Source: an uncultured bacterium (lineage in GTDB: Bacteria > Verrucomicrobiota > Kiritimatiellia > CAIKKV01 > CAITUY01). Taken from it: a stretch of DNA of 64,000 bases. Position numbers and translations under genes: made by a program. Positions 27,298-37,860 of the stretch are shown here, piece by piece (positions within the stretch are counted from its first letter, which is position 1; each line of letters begins with the position of its first letter). The stretch is from NCBI GenBank assembly GCA_903908715.1, contig CAIVSY010000041.1, forward strand, positions 11,314 through 75,313, read 5' to 3'. Below the pieces are notes generated by a model. The model saw nothing but the letters and a program-made list of their open reading frames with translations. It ran no database searches and was not told where the DNA came from.

Positions 27298-29163
27298 TTA
27301 TTGCCCGAGGGCAGGGGAGGCGCTAATCAGATTCCGGAAGAGACCGGGAATCCGTGCCAGTTCCTCGTAGGTCCCATCCTGGACGATCTGTCCCTTGTCA
27401 AAAACCAGAACGCGATCGACATGCCGTACCGTACTCAGGCGATGGGCAATGACAATCGTTGTCCGTTGCCGCATCACGTCCTCCATGGCGCTCTGGATAC
27501 GCCGTTCGGATTCGTTATCGAGGGCGGAGGTGGCTTCGTCGAAGATATAGCAATCGGGGTTTGCCAGTACCGCCCGCGCGATGGCGATCCGCTGTTTCTG
27601 TCCTCCGGAGAAATTACTTCCTCCCTCGCTGACCCATGTCTGATACCCCTTCGGCAGTTCCGCGATCATGCGGTCGATATGTGCGATACGGGCGGCCTCC
27701 TGGACCTCGGCTTCACTTGCCTTGGGGTTTGTGATGCGGATATTGTCGAGGATTGTCATCTGGAACAGGAAGGGATTCTGCGGCACCACACCAAAGGCCT
27801 GACGAAGTTCCGCCAGCCCGTAGTCCCGCAGGTCGTGCCCGTTCAGGAGTATGCGCCCTGCGTCGACCTCATACAGGCGCTGCAAAAGGGATACGAAGGT
27901 GGTCTTGCCGGACCCGCTGCTGCCGACCAGGGCAACGGATTGACCGGATGGAATGGTGCAGTTGCACGTGTGGAAAATCGGCCGGTCGGGGGTGTACCCG
28001 AAGCAGACGGAGTCGAATTGAATGGAAAGGCCCCGCGGGCGGGCTTCGGCCTCAATGGATGCAGGCGCGAGCGTCACGCGCTGGGATTCGGGCTTCTCGG
28101 GCGTTGTTTCGCGTTCCTCGAAGATACGCTGGATGCGGGCGAGCCCCGCCTCGGCGTTGGCGCGGACGAGGTTGAGTTGCAGGAATGCCATCAGGGGCCC
28201 CATCAGGATTCCCACCGCCCCGATGAAGGCGAGGAACTCGCCCACCTCCAGGCGGCCCGTCACGCAGAACCATGCGCCGAAGGCATAGATCACACCGGTG
28301 CCGATGTACTGCACGGCCTCGGGCTTGATGTATTCCAGATGTTGACGGTTGGCCATATTCTCGCCTTCAGCCCGGACGCGGTCGATGTGCGTCTCGAATG
28401 TGTACCGGACATTCGACTCCATGGCGTAGATCTTCACGGCACGCGCACCCTGCAGGATGTCGGCGATATACCTTGCGGCGGCGGATTCCGCCTGCAGGAA
28501 GTTGCTGGATATCTCCTGCACCGCGAACCGGCTGCGGTAATTCATGTACACAATGACCACCACCATCACGAGGGTGATCCCGGTCATTGGCAGGTTGAAC
28601 CAGGCAAGGGTGGCCAGCGCGATGATCCAGCTGACAATCTGGTAGGGGATGAACATCGCGCCTTGCTGGAGGAACGTCTTGAGTGACTGCATGGGCGAGC
28701 CCATGATGTAGTTGAAAAGCTCGCCGCTGCCCACCTTGTCGTGGAAACGCAGGCAGAGGTGCTGGATGTGCCGGAAGAAGCGGCTTCGTAAATCGAAGAG
28801 CAATCCCTCGATGGTCGCGATCATCCGCACATAGCCGAAGCGCCAGATGACGACCCGCAAGAGGCCCACTCCCGCATATATGGCACTGAAGGCCAGTGCC
28901 CATCGGATCCGCACATCCGCAGCCAGGAGTTCACCGCCGGCGCCCTTGCGCAGGATGCCTTCATCCACGATCCACTTGATCAGCAGCGGCTGGACGGCAA
29001 CCCCGATCCCGGTCAGCAGGGAGCAAACGCTTGCGATGCCCAGTTCACCGCGGCAGGGACGGATGTAGTTCCAGAGGAGCTTCCAGAAGGGAAAGCCTGA
29101 AGGTGCGGAACCCGCCTTGACCCCGCCCTGGTTCCCCGCACCTGAATGGTTCTGCTCTTTCAT
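27298..29163 (-). CDS. ABC transporter ATP-binding/permease (MsbA-like exporter)
   Basis: Six-TM N-terminus. GSSGSGKTT, LSGGQKQRIAIARAVLANPDCYIFDEATSALD. Confidence 0.9.
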   Translation of the reverse strand: MKEQNHSGAGNQGGVKAGSAPSGFPFWKLLWNYIRPCRGELGIASVCSLLTGIGVAVQPLLIKWIVDEGILRKGAGGELLAADVRIRWALAFSAIYAGVGLLRVVIWRFGYVRMIATIEGLLFDLRSRFFRHIQHLCLRFHDKVGSGELFNYIMGSPMQSLKTFLQQGAMFIPYQIVSWIIALATLAWFNLPMTGITLVMVVVIVYMNYRSRFAVQEISSNFLQAESAAARYIADILQGARAVKIYAMESNVRYTFETHIDRVRAEGENMANRQHLEYIKPEAVQYIGTGVIYAFGAWFCVTGRLEVGEFLAFIGAVGILMGPLMAFLQLNLVRANAEAGLARIQRIFEERETTPEKPESQRVTLAPASIEAEARPRGLSIQFDSVCFGYTPDRPIFHTCNCTIPSGQSVALVGSSGSGKTTFVSLLQRLYEVDAGRILLNGHDLRDYGLAELRQAFGVVPQNPFLFQMTILDNIRITNPKASEAEVQEAARIAHIDRMIAELPKGYQTWVSEGGSNFSGGQKQRIAIARAVLANPDCYIFDEATSALDNESERRIQSAMEDVMRQRTTIVIAHRLSTVRHVDRVLVFDKGQIVQDGTYEELARIPGLFRNLISASPALGQ

Positions 29164-29489
29164 GCTTCTTCTCCCGGCAGAGCCGGGTACGCGACGGGAA
29201 CCCTGCCTCGGGAAATTCCATCAAGGCGCGGACTATAGCATCCTGTTGTGAATATGCAATGGGCACGGGGTTACGTCGCAGGGGCGTGTTGCCCAAAGTT
29301 GCCTCTTGTGTCCGGGTGCGGCATCTCGACCGGTCTTGTGTGCCCAAAAAAAGAACCGTTTGGCAAAAACGTCCGCAACGACACGTTGTGCTTGGTGCTT
29401 GCTATGGGGAAAGGGTTCGAGTATCATTCTGACCCTTACATTGGCGGGGCGTTCTGCATGAAGCAGTCTGCCACCACGGGAGGTATGCC

Positions 29490-30008
29490 ATGAAGTACTG
29501 GTTGCTGTTGCCGTTGGTTTTCATGCTGGGCTGTGAAGTGGATACCCGTACGGAAGGGGATGATTCGGATAACGCCTCCGCTCCCGCCGCGCAGACTGGG
29601 GATACCGCCGCGACAACCCCGACAACAGCGGAAGAGGCCGCAGGCCAGGCGGAATGGGATTCAATCAAGTGGCATACATCCAGCGGTCCCTCCTGCAAGG
29701 GTGCGGTCAAGGTTATGAATCTTTCGGCTCGCATATCCAGCGATGGCTCCAAGGTTTCCTTCACCTGGGATCGTTATCCCTGGTCGGGAATGGGGCTTGG
29801 GCATTTCTTTGTCTGGAACGGCAGCGGGTGGAGCGGCGGGAAATTCGACTGGATCCGCCAGGGAGGACAAAGCACCAAGCTTCTGGAGAATGTGCACGAG
29901 GGGTACAATGGCCTGCGCGCTCCGCCGTCGGGAACCCGTTGCGCCTTTGCCTGGACATCCAGCGATGGCGACGAGCGCAGCAACCTGGCTTACACGGTTT
30001 GGCCCTGA
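29490..30008 (+). CDS. Hypothetical lipoprotein
   Basis: MKYWLLLPLVFMLGC lipobox, then a low-complexity Ala/Thr linker and a Trp-rich domain. No family recognised. Confidence 0.5.
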   Translation: MKYWLLLPLVFMLGCEVDTRTEGDDSDNASAPAAQTGDTAATTPTTAEEAAGQAEWDSIKWHTSSGPSCKGAVKVMNLSARISSDGSKVSFTWDRYPWSGMGLGHFFVWNGSGWSGGKFDWIRQGGQSTKLLENVHEGYNGLRAPPSGTRCAFAWTSSDGDERSNLAYTVWP

Positions 30009-30063
30009 TCCGGGCGGGGGCCATGCAGGGCGCCCGGAAGAACCCTGTGGTTTGTGCCGGGCA

Positions 30064-30423
30064 CTAGAACCGGCCGGACGACAGCAGGACAAGCGTGCAG
30101 GCTTCCAGGACAAGCATGCCGTGCCCGCGCAGGGTTGATTCCAGCTTGAGATTCTCTGCGCCGGGATTGAAGATTACGCGACCGGCTCCGCAGCGGGCCA
30201 TTTCCCCGCCGATGGCATCGGACTTGTCAGCGCCGACGTAGACCGTGATCGTATCGATCCTTTCAGGGATATCGGCGAGAGAATGATAGACAGGGAGTCC
30301 CTCGATATTTTCCAGCTCGGGATGCACGGGAAAGACCTTATGGCCTGCTTCCCGCAGGCGCATCACGGCCTTGTAGCTGTATCGTTCAGGCTGATCACTG
30401 GCGCCAATCACCGCAACATTCAT
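30064..30423 (-). CDS. CoA-binding domain protein (YccU-like)
   Basis: MNVAVIGASDQPERYSYKAV...GHKVFPVHP typical of the CoA_binding_2 family. Confidence 0.75.
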   Translation of the reverse strand: MNVAVIGASDQPERYSYKAVMRLREAGHKVFPVHPELENIEGLPVYHSLADIPERIDTITVYVGADKSDAIGGEMARCGAGRVIFNPGAENLKLESTLRGHGMLVLEACTLVLLSSGRF

Positions 30424-30814
30424 GGGGGTGCATGCTATCCGGCGCAGAGCCTGTTTTCAAGAGGGACCTTTTTGCGTGGTTTGGACTGCGGTCAAAATGC
30501 CCCATTGCGGGGCACGTGTGAGTTGCTATCATGCACCCATCATGTTGCGGCAAATCTGTTGGAAAGAACGGAATGAGGAAGGCATACGCCGCGAGATCCG
30601 CGTAACCGTTCAGCGGGGAAAAGTGCGGTGGCAGTTCAAGTCGGAGGATGAAGAGCGCTGGGAGTATGATGCCCCGCCTTCCGTGTCCGATTGGGATTCC
30701 CTCCTGGAACGCATGGAAAACCGCTATCAACGACGTAGTGTCTCGTTTGATGATCTCCTGCTGGTCCGTCGCGAACACGCGCAGGCGACCGGCAAGGGGA
30801 TTCCTGCGTAGCCC

Positions 30815-31663
30815 ATGAATCCATTGACAGACAATTCGGGGAAGCTCCATGTCTGCGGGGCCTGCTGTACCCGCCTCGAGCAGTTCGGTGTGCGTTTGGG
30901 GGCGCGAACCATCCTGGAGAACATCAACCTCCATATGCATTGCGGCGAATTGACCGCAGTCATCGGCCCCAATGGGGCCGGCAAGACGACCTTGCTGCGC
31001 GCGATGATCGGTGATGTCCCCCATACCGGAGCGCTTCGTTTTGTCCACCATGACAAGGTGGAGAGTTCCAAACCCCTGCGCATCGGTTATGTGCCCCAGA
31101 AGGTGGAAATTGACGCGACCTCGCCGACAACGGTCATGGATCTGTTCACGGCCGCGTTGACCCGCCGCCCGGTATGGATGGGTGCGTCCGGGCCGGTGCG
31201 CCGGCAGGCCGGCGATGCGCTGGAGCGGGTTGGTGCCGGGTCGCTGACAAATTGCAAGCTCGCCGAGATTTCCATGGGCCAGCTGCAGCGGGTGTTCCTG
31301 GCCCTTGCCCTGGTGCCTGTCCCGGAAATCCTCTTGCTGGATGAGCCGGTATCCGGAGTGGATCGTGCCGGAACCGCCTTGTTTTACGAGACGGTCTCCC
31401 GCATGCGCACGGAATTCGATCTTTCGATTCTTCTCGTTTCGCATGACCTGACGGCTGTTGCGGCTGTGGCGGACCGGATGATCCTGCTGGACCACACCAT
31501 TCTCTGCGATGGCGTTCCCCGGGAGGTATTGTTGAGCCCGCGGATCCGCGAGACCTTCGGATTTGGTTTCACGGCGGAGGAAATTCCCGAGCAAAGGCCA
31601 GCCACCGTGGCCTTGGCGCATATGGAGTCCCGGCCGGAAGGCAGGAAGGAGCCGGCGCTTTGA
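30815..31663 (+). CDS. znuC: Metal (Zn/Mn) ABC transporter ATP-binding protein
   Basis: GPNGAGKTTLLRAMIG, LSGGQLQRVFLALAL, LLDEPVSGVD. Gene symbol is family-level only. Confidence 0.8.
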   Translation: MNPLTDNSGKLHVCGACCTRLEQFGVRLGARTILENINLHMHCGELTAVIGPNGAGKTTLLRAMIGDVPHTGALRFVHHDKVESSKPLRIGYVPQKVEIDATSPTTVMDLFTAALTRRPVWMGASGPVRRQAGDALERVGAGSLTNCKLAEISMGQLQRVFLALALVPVPEILLLDEPVSGVDRAGTALFYETVSRMRTEFDLSILLVSHDLTAVAAVADRMILLDHTILCDGVPREVLLSPRIRETFGFGFTAEEIPEQRPATVALAHMESRPEGRKEPAL

Positions 31664-32493
31664 TTCCGGTCTGGAACCAGATGGTTTCCGCCCTGCCGCT
31701 GGAATGGGCCCAGTATGGATTCATGCAGAATGCCCTGCTGGCCGTCTTGCTGGTCACTCCGCTTCTGGCCTTGCTCGGATGCCTGGTCATCAATCACCAG
31801 ATGGCTTTTCTTTCGGAGGCGATAGGGCACTCGACTCTTACGGGACTGGCCGTGGGGGTGCTGCTGGGTTTGCGGGAACCGGTGGCGGCCGTCATCGGTT
31901 TTTCCCTGTTGCTGGGGATACTGGTGGTATGCCTCCGCCGTTTCAGCGCTGTCTCGATGGACACTGCCATTGCGCTTCTGATGGCCTGCGTGGTTTCCCT
32001 TGGCGTCGTGCTGCTTTCCCGCGGGGGTGGGTTCAGTCGATATTCCCGTTATCTGGTGGGGGACATTCTGACCCTTTCGGATGCCGAGATCGTCCGACTG
32101 GCGGTACTGCTTGGGCTGGTGGTCCTGATATGGCGGCTGTTTTTCAATTCGCTTTTCCTTGTCCATCTGAACCGGACACTGGCGGCAAGCCGGGGTTTTG
32201 GTGTTGCGCGGGCGGAAGCAGGTTTTTCCATTCTTGTGGCGCTTGTCGTGGCGGTGGCCATGCCGTGGGTGGGCCTGCTGGTGATCAATGCCATGCTGAT
32301 CCTGCCGGCGGCCGCCGCCCGGAACCTGGCACGGAACACACGGCAGTACACTGTGATGGCGGTGCTGTTCGGCATGGTGTCGGGCGTGCTGGGACTGGTG
32401 ACTTCCTTCTATGCCAATACGGCAACGGGAGCCACCATCGCCCTCTGGTCTTCCGGTTTCTTTGTGCTGTCCATCTTCCTGCGCCGCCGCTAG
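31660..32493 (+). CDS. znuB: Metal ABC transporter permease (ABC-3 family)
   Basis: ATGA overlap with the ATPase. Polytopic. ABC-3 pattern LSEAIGHSTLTGLAVG. No substrate-binding protein gene adjacent. Confidence 0.8.
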   Translation: MIPVWNQMVSALPLEWAQYGFMQNALLAVLLVTPLLALLGCLVINHQMAFLSEAIGHSTLTGLAVGVLLGLREPVAAVIGFSLLLGILVVCLRRFSAVSMDTAIALLMACVVSLGVVLLSRGGGFSRYSRYLVGDILTLSDAEIVRLAVLLGLVVLIWRLFFNSLFLVHLNRTLAASRGFGVARAEAGFSILVALVVAVAMPWVGLLVINAMLILPAAAARNLARNTRQYTVMAVLFGMVSGVLGLVTSFYANTATGATIALWSSGFFVLSIFLRRR

Positions 32494-32593
32494 CCGCAAG
32501 GCGAAGGCCCCTGCCGGAAGGAGCGGGAGGCATGGAAAAAACGTGCCTGTTGACGGGAAAGTCGTTAGATTGGGACGTCAAACGCAGGGAACG

Positions 32594-33340
32594 ATGAAAT
32601 TCAACAAGACCATAACGGATCAGCGGATGTCGGCCTTTGCCAAGTATCGGCGGGTCTACTACGGAACCCTGCCCCTCGGCCGTGTCCTGGCCGCGGAATG
32701 CATTCTTTTGCTTTGCAGCAGCCTGCCGGGGGCGGCGGGATTCTGGTTGCGAGGCAAACTCTACCGCTGCCTTTTCGCTTCCGTCGGCAAGGGTGTTGTT
32801 TTCGGGCGCCACTTGACCCTGCGGCATCCGCACAAGATCCGCCTCGGGAACCATGTGGTGGTGGATGATAATGTCGTTCTCGACGCAAAGGGCGACCATA
32901 ACCAGGGGATCACGGTGGGCGATCACGTGTTCCTCGGCCGCAACACGATTGTCTACTGCAAGGACGGTGATATCGTGCTGGGGCCCAAGGTCAATATCTC
33001 CTCCAATTGCCAGATATTCTCCTCCAACCGGCTTGTGGTGGGGGCGGGCACCGTGATGGGAGCCTTTTCCTACTTCCTGAGCGGGGGCGAATATGATGCC
33101 GGATCCGAGACGCCTTTCGCCGACCAGGATGTCCAGCCCTCGAAGGGGCCTTTGACTATCGGAGCCAATTCCTGGATTGGCGCACATGTCACCATTACCG
33201 ATGCTTCCTGCATCGGGGAGCATTGCGTGATAGGGGCTGGTGCGGTCGTAGTCAAGCCGATCCCGTCCGACAGCGTGGCGGTGGGTGTGCCGGCCCGTGT
33301 TGTCAAATCCCTGCCGGCCTTCCGGGTTGTCCATGAATAA
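32594..33340 (+). CDS. Hexapeptide-repeat acetyltransferase (WcaF/LacA-like)
   Basis: Met62 of ORF 32411..33340. LbH repeats VGDHVFLGRNTIVY and IGAHVTITDASCIGEHCVIGAGAVVV. Confidence 0.8.
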   Translation: MKFNKTITDQRMSAFAKYRRVYYGTLPLGRVLAAECILLLCSSLPGAAGFWLRGKLYRCLFASVGKGVVFGRHLTLRHPHKIRLGNHVVVDDNVVLDAKGDHNQGITVGDHVFLGRNTIVYCKDGDIVLGPKVNISSNCQIFSSNRLVVGAGTVMGAFSYFLSGGEYDAGSETPFADQDVQPSKGPLTIGANSWIGAHVTITDASCIGEHCVIGAGAVVVKPIPSDSVAVGVPARVVKSLPAFRVVHE

Positions 33341-34289
33341 GAGATCCGGGCTGATTCTTCTGAAGATTGCCGTCAGTTGCCTGGTGCTGTTCCTGATTTA
33401 CCGCCGGGTCGACCTTGCGTCGGTAGGTTCGTTGTTGACCTCCATCCGCCTGTGGCCGATGGCGTGTTTCTTCGCGCTCTTGACCCTGAATACATTCCTC
33501 AGTGCATGGAAATGGCGGATTTTCCTTGCCGCTGACGGGATTTTCCATCCGGTCGGGCGCCTGTTTGTCAGCTACTATGTTGCCAGTTTCTTTACCGTGC
33601 TTCTGCCCTCGACGATCGGCGGGGATGGTTACCGGGTGTACGACATCACGAGACGCGGATCGGGCGCGGGGAATGTGGCGGCTTCCGTGTTTGCGGACCG
33701 GTTCACGGGTTTTCTTGCGCTCTCGATTCTCGGCATGATCTTCCCGTTTTTCGGCCTGGGCCTGATCCCCGACCGGCGCTGGATGGCTGTGCCGCTGGGG
33801 GTCTTCGGATGCCTGCTTGTCCTGTTCCTGTTGCTGTGCCGTCACACGCTGCTATTGCGCCTCATGGGCTGTTTCCGCCTGGACAGGGTCGGCGTCCTCC
33901 GGCGGTTTGCGGACCGGTTCTTTGAGTCCATCCAGGTGTACCGCCAGCGGCCTGGGACTCTTTTGCGGGCGATGGCGCTTTCGTTCTGGTTCCAGGGTAA
34001 CGTGATCCTGGCGGTGTTCTGCTTATCCCGCGCCCTGGGCCTGGATGTTCCGTTGTTGTTCTACGGCGTGGCCGTACCGATTGTTTCGCTGATCGAGGCT
34101 GTCCCGGTTTCCATCTTCGGGATCGGCTTGCGGGATACCGGCTATATGCTGCTGTTCGCCGGGCTTGGCCGGGATCCTGCAGCCGCAGGGGCTTTATCGA
34201 TCCTCTATGTGGCGGCCACGCTGGTGTATGTTGCGCTTGGTGGTGTCGTTTTCCTGTTTCACGGCAAGAAACAACGGAATACTCCATGA
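33333..34289 (+). CDS. Flippase-like membrane protein (UPF0104 / LPG_synthase_TM family)
   Basis: Overlaps upstream stop. Polytopic with RVDLASV and PSTIGGDGYRVYD motifs of the lysylphosphatidylglycerol-synthase-TM-like flippase family. Confidence 0.65.
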   Translation: MNKRSGLILLKIAVSCLVLFLIYRRVDLASVGSLLTSIRLWPMACFFALLTLNTFLSAWKWRIFLAADGIFHPVGRLFVSYYVASFFTVLLPSTIGGDGYRVYDITRRGSGAGNVAASVFADRFTGFLALSILGMIFPFFGLGLIPDRRWMAVPLGVFGCLLVLFLLLCRHTLLLRLMGCFRLDRVGVLRRFADRFFESIQVYRQRPGTLLRAMALSFWFQGNVILAVFCLSRALGLDVPLLFYGVAVPIVSLIEAVPVSIFGIGLRDTGYMLLFAGLGRDPAAAGALSILYVAATLVYVALGGVVFLFHGKKQRNTP

Positions 34290-36859
34290 GTTCATCCAAA
34301 ATCATTCGTCCTGTGGAACGCGGGTTGCTCGTAATCCTGATCACCGGCCTGCTTTGGACCTGGTTCACCTGGCCCCTGCCGCGCCATGTCTTTTCCGGCA
34401 TCCCCTGGACGGGGCATGCCACCGAACGGAATCCGGTTCGTACCATGGTCTCGGGCGACCATCTCCAGTTGCTGTATCATTTCTGGCTCCTGGGGGACAT
34501 GCTTCGCGGGGACACGCCATGGTTCAACAATCTATACGAATTCAATACCGGCAAGGACGATGCTTCCTACCGGCCGGATCCGTTCTATGTCCCGGTCTCG
34601 CTGGTATATGTCGCCGGGGAGCGCCTGGCCGGTCGTGCGTTCGGGTGGAACCTGGCCGGTTTTATCTCGCTGCTTTTCACCCTGCATTTCACATGGCGAC
34701 TGGGACGGCGCTTCACCGACAGCGACCGCCTTGCGCTGGCCGCCGCGGTGCTGGCCCTGGCCGTACCCTATCGCTGGTTCAGCCTGCTGGGCGGAAGCCC
34801 GACGGGATTCGGCATGACCTTTGTGCCGATGCTTTTTCTTGGGCTTGACCGGGCGATCCGCGATAACCGTGTTTCGGGCGGGCTGCTGGCCGGTTTTGCC
34901 CTCATCATGGCCTACTGTACCGACCTGCATGTTTTTTACTTTAGCATTCTGGCGGTGCCCGCATGGTGTCTGCTGGCGCTCTTCCGCAAGGAAGACTTCC
35001 GTTGGATGAAGCCGCGCGGCTGGTGGCGGATGGCGGGAGCGCTCTGGCCGGTCCTGCTGGGCGTCGTGGCCGCCTACCAGATGAGTGTGCTGGCAGGGGC
35101 CCATCTGTCGGGAACCGATCTTGGGGGCGGCCGTTCCCTGCGAGAGGTGGCCACGTTTTCCCCGCGCGCGGGCGGGTTTTTCGGACTGGGCCAGCCAGGC
35201 CCCGGCCACCACATTTACCTGGGCATCGTGCTGCCGCTTCTCCTGGCTTCCCTTGCGGCCTTTCTGCTGTACCTGCGACGTGGCAAGCCGCGGATTACCG
35301 GCAGGGAGTGGACCTTCCTTGTCATGTCATTGGCCGGGATGGCCGTCATCCTGCTCCTGGCATTGGGACCCAATGGCCCGTTCGGCGGAGCCCTGTTCCG
35401 CTTCTGCCGGTCGGTTTTCCCGAAGTACACGATGATCCGGCAGGCTCCCAAGATCTATTGCCTGCTGCCGTCGCTTGTGGCGTGTTTCATGGCTCTTGCC
35501 TCTGGCATCGTCATGGAGCGCATCTCGCGGAGAAAATGGTTCGGTGGCTTCCTGCTGGTGATGGTCGTTATAGTTGTCATGGAATTCCAGGGACGGATCC
35601 GCGCCGGCATTTGCGAGTTGGACACCCGACAGGCGGCCTACCGCGCCGTGGTGGCCGATGCGGCCAGGAACCACCGCATCGCGCGCGCCCTGGTTTTGCC
35701 GATCTGGCCCGGTAATTCCCATTGGGCTTCGCTGTACGAGCATTATGCATCCCTGCATCGCCTGCGCATGGTCAACGGATACTCGCCGGCGGTTTCCACC
35801 AATTACATCGCATCCGTTTTCCGGCCGCTGGAAAGCGCGAACCTTGGCGAATTGCAGCCGGACCAGCTGGACCAGTTGCGGGACATGGGTGTGGACTACA
35901 TTCTCCTGCATGAAGATGCCTTTCCTGAAAAGGTGAGTCCGTACCCCGTGGTGTTCACCTTGAACGGGTTGCTTTCCAATCCCCGGCTTGAATGGCTGGC
36001 CCAGGATCGGCAGGTTTGGGCGTTCCGGATCCGGACCGGTTCCGGTCAATCGCAGGTGTCCAGCCGTCTCCTGCCGAGTCCTGTGCTGTTCCCGGCGCGG
36101 CAATGGCAGGCGGAATCCAGCCGGGAGCGTACCGGTGCGGCTGCTGACATCCCGATGCTGGGCGCGAGCGGAATGGCCTATGTGTGTCTTTCCGATGCCG
36201 GCGCTTCGCTGGCCTTGCGTCCCACGGCTGTTCCCGCAGTGCCGGGGCAATCCCTGCTGGTTCGCATTGCGGGTGGGGGCGAACTGCGGCTGGATCTTCT
36301 GGCGCGGGAGGCGCCTCCGCGGAGTGCCGCCCTGGAGATCCGCTCGGAATCCTGGAACTGGCGCCGAATTCCATTCACGCCTCTTGACCGGCATGCATGG
36401 GTCACGCCACGGCTGACCGCGATCCAGCCGTTCTTGAATGTCGACATGGCCCTGCTGAGCGGAAGCCCGTGGCGTTCGCCCTTGACGGGACAGAAAGTGG
36501 TTCTGCCCGCTGCCAGTTTCTTCCATGCAGGATACAGCGACCTGGAGGATGGGTGCGTCACTCTATCCCCGGACCGTGATCCGGAAGGCGCTGTCTTCTA
36601 TGGCCTTAACCTGCCATTGGAACCCGGGGAATACGAGTCCGAATTACGGTTTTTCACGGCAGCGCCGGACGGGACGGAACTGGGAGCCATCTCGGCCAGC
36701 GGGGAAGGGGTCTCCGGCACTCCCGCGGTTTTCCGGGCCGGCGGGGCCGCGAGACAGCGGTTCACGGTGGAAAGCGAACTTCCCGTGCGGCTCAATCTTG
36801 AATACCATCGTCAGGCCGTGGTACGATTGGCGTCCTGGACATTGCACAGGATAAAGTAG
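34286..36859 (+). CDS. Large polytopic membrane protein, putative GT-C-fold glycosyltransferase (YfhO/PTPS-related-like)
   Basis: 857 aa. About 10 N-terminal TM helices with a conserved-looking loop SGDHLQLLYHFWLLGDML, then a large soluble C-terminal domain. ATGA overlap with the upstream gene. Confidence 0.45.
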   Translation: MSSSKIIRPVERGLLVILITGLLWTWFTWPLPRHVFSGIPWTGHATERNPVRTMVSGDHLQLLYHFWLLGDMLRGDTPWFNNLYEFNTGKDDASYRPDPFYVPVSLVYVAGERLAGRAFGWNLAGFISLLFTLHFTWRLGRRFTDSDRLALAAAVLALAVPYRWFSLLGGSPTGFGMTFVPMLFLGLDRAIRDNRVSGGLLAGFALIMAYCTDLHVFYFSILAVPAWCLLALFRKEDFRWMKPRGWWRMAGALWPVLLGVVAAYQMSVLAGAHLSGTDLGGGRSLREVATFSPRAGGFFGLGQPGPGHHIYLGIVLPLLLASLAAFLLYLRRGKPRITGREWTFLVMSLAGMAVILLLALGPNGPFGGALFRFCRSVFPKYTMIRQAPKIYCLLPSLVACFMALASGIVMERISRRKWFGGFLLVMVVIVVMEFQGRIRAGICELDTRQAAYRAVVADAARNHRIARALVLPIWPGNSHWASLYEHYASLHRLRMVNGYSPAVSTNYIASVFRPLESANLGELQPDQLDQLRDMGVDYILLHEDAFPEKVSPYPVVFTLNGLLSNPRLEWLAQDRQVWAFRIRTGSGQSQVSSRLLPSPVLFPARQWQAESSRERTGAAADIPMLGASGMAYVCLSDAGASLALRPTAVPAVPGQSLLVRIAGGGELRLDLLAREAPPRSAALEIRSESWNWRRIPFTPLDRHAWVTPRLTAIQPFLNVDMALLSGSPWRSPLTGQKVVLPAASFFHAGYSDLEDGCVTLSPDRDPEGAVFYGLNLPLEPGEYESELRFFTAAPDGTELGAISASGEGVSGTPAVFRAGGAARQRFTVESELPVRLNLEYHRQAVVRLASWTLHRIK

Positions 36860-36870
36860 GGAGAGACAGG

Positions 36871-37860
36871 ATGAGGATTCTGGTTACAGGGGGCACGGGT
36901 TTTACGGGCAAGGCGCTGGTGCGCAAGCTGCTGAACGACGGGCACCATGTTGTCGCCATGGATAACAAGGAGGGCCTGAAGACCCAGGAACTTCGCGAGT
37001 GGGGTGCCGAAGTGGTGATCGGGTCGGTGACCGACCGGGAACTGGTGCGCAAGTGCATGAAGGGGGTTGAGGTTGTTCATCACCTTGCAGCCGCCTTCCG
37101 CGAACTGAACGTTCCCAACAGCTACTACGAGGAAGTCAACGTCGGCGGGACACGCAACGTGCTGGAGGCCGCGTGGGAAAACAAGGTGTCGAAGTTCATC
37201 TACTGCAGCACATGCGGCGTACATGGCAATGTGGACAATCCCCCCGGAGACGAGACGGCTCCCGTTAAGCCTGCCGATTACTACCAGCGGACCAAGTACG
37301 AGGCTGAGCCCGTGGTCCAGGAATACTTCCGGAAGGGAATGAAGACGGTGATTCTCCGCCCTGCTGCCATCTACGGGCCGGGCGACCCGGAACGGTTCTT
37401 CATGATTTTCAAGCGTGTGGCCTCCGGGCGGTTCCTCATGTTCGGCAACGGGAAGACGCTGTATCATCCGCTCTACATCGACAATCTCGTTGACGCCTTC
37501 CTGCTGGCGATGCAGCCGGGCAAGGGGGACGGGCAGGCCTACCTGATCGCGGATGAGGAGTATGTCCAGATCGAGGATCTGGTCCGCGGGGCGGCGCGTG
37601 CCCTCAATGTTCCGGTTTGGATTCCGCACCTCCCGATCTGGCCGGTTATTGTTGTCGGTCACGTGGTGGAAAAATTCTGCAAGCCGTTCCGGATCACTCC
37701 TCCGATCTTCCCCCGGCGGGTGGACTGGTACCGGCAGAACCGGGCCTTCAACATCGGCAAGGCGAAGCGCGAACTCGGTTACAAGCCGCTTGTCGGGCTC
37801 GACGAGGGGTTGCGCCGCACCGCCGAGTGGTATCGCCGCGAGGGTTACCTGCGGGCCTGA
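36871..37860 (+). CDS. NAD-dependent epimerase/dehydratase (extended SDR)
   Basis: MRILVTGGTGFTGKALVRKLL (GxxGxxG). YxxxK in YQRTKYEAE. Confidence 0.88.
   Translation: MRILVTGGTGFTGKALVRKLLNDGHHVVAMDNKEGLKTQELREWGAEVVIGSVTDRELVRKCMKGVEVVHHLAAAFRELNVPNSYYEEVNVGGTRNVLEAAWENKVSKFIYCSTCGVHGNVDNPPGDETAPVKPADYYQRTKYEAEPVVQEYFRKGMKTVILRPAAIYGPGDPERFFMIFKRVASGRFLMFGNGKTLYHPLYIDNLVDAFLLAMQPGKGDGQAYLIADEEYVQIEDLVRGAARALNVPVWIPHLPIWPVIVVGHVVEKFCKPFRITPPIFPRRVDWYRQNRAFNIGKAKRELGYKPLVGLDEGLRRTAEWYRREGYLRA

Noticed and set aside
27301-28686. 461-aa plus-strand ORF
   Set aside because: Antisense to the MsbA-like exporter. No motifs.
35327-36526. 399-aa minus-strand ORF
   Set aside because: Antisense to the large membrane protein gene. 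Arg-rich shadow.
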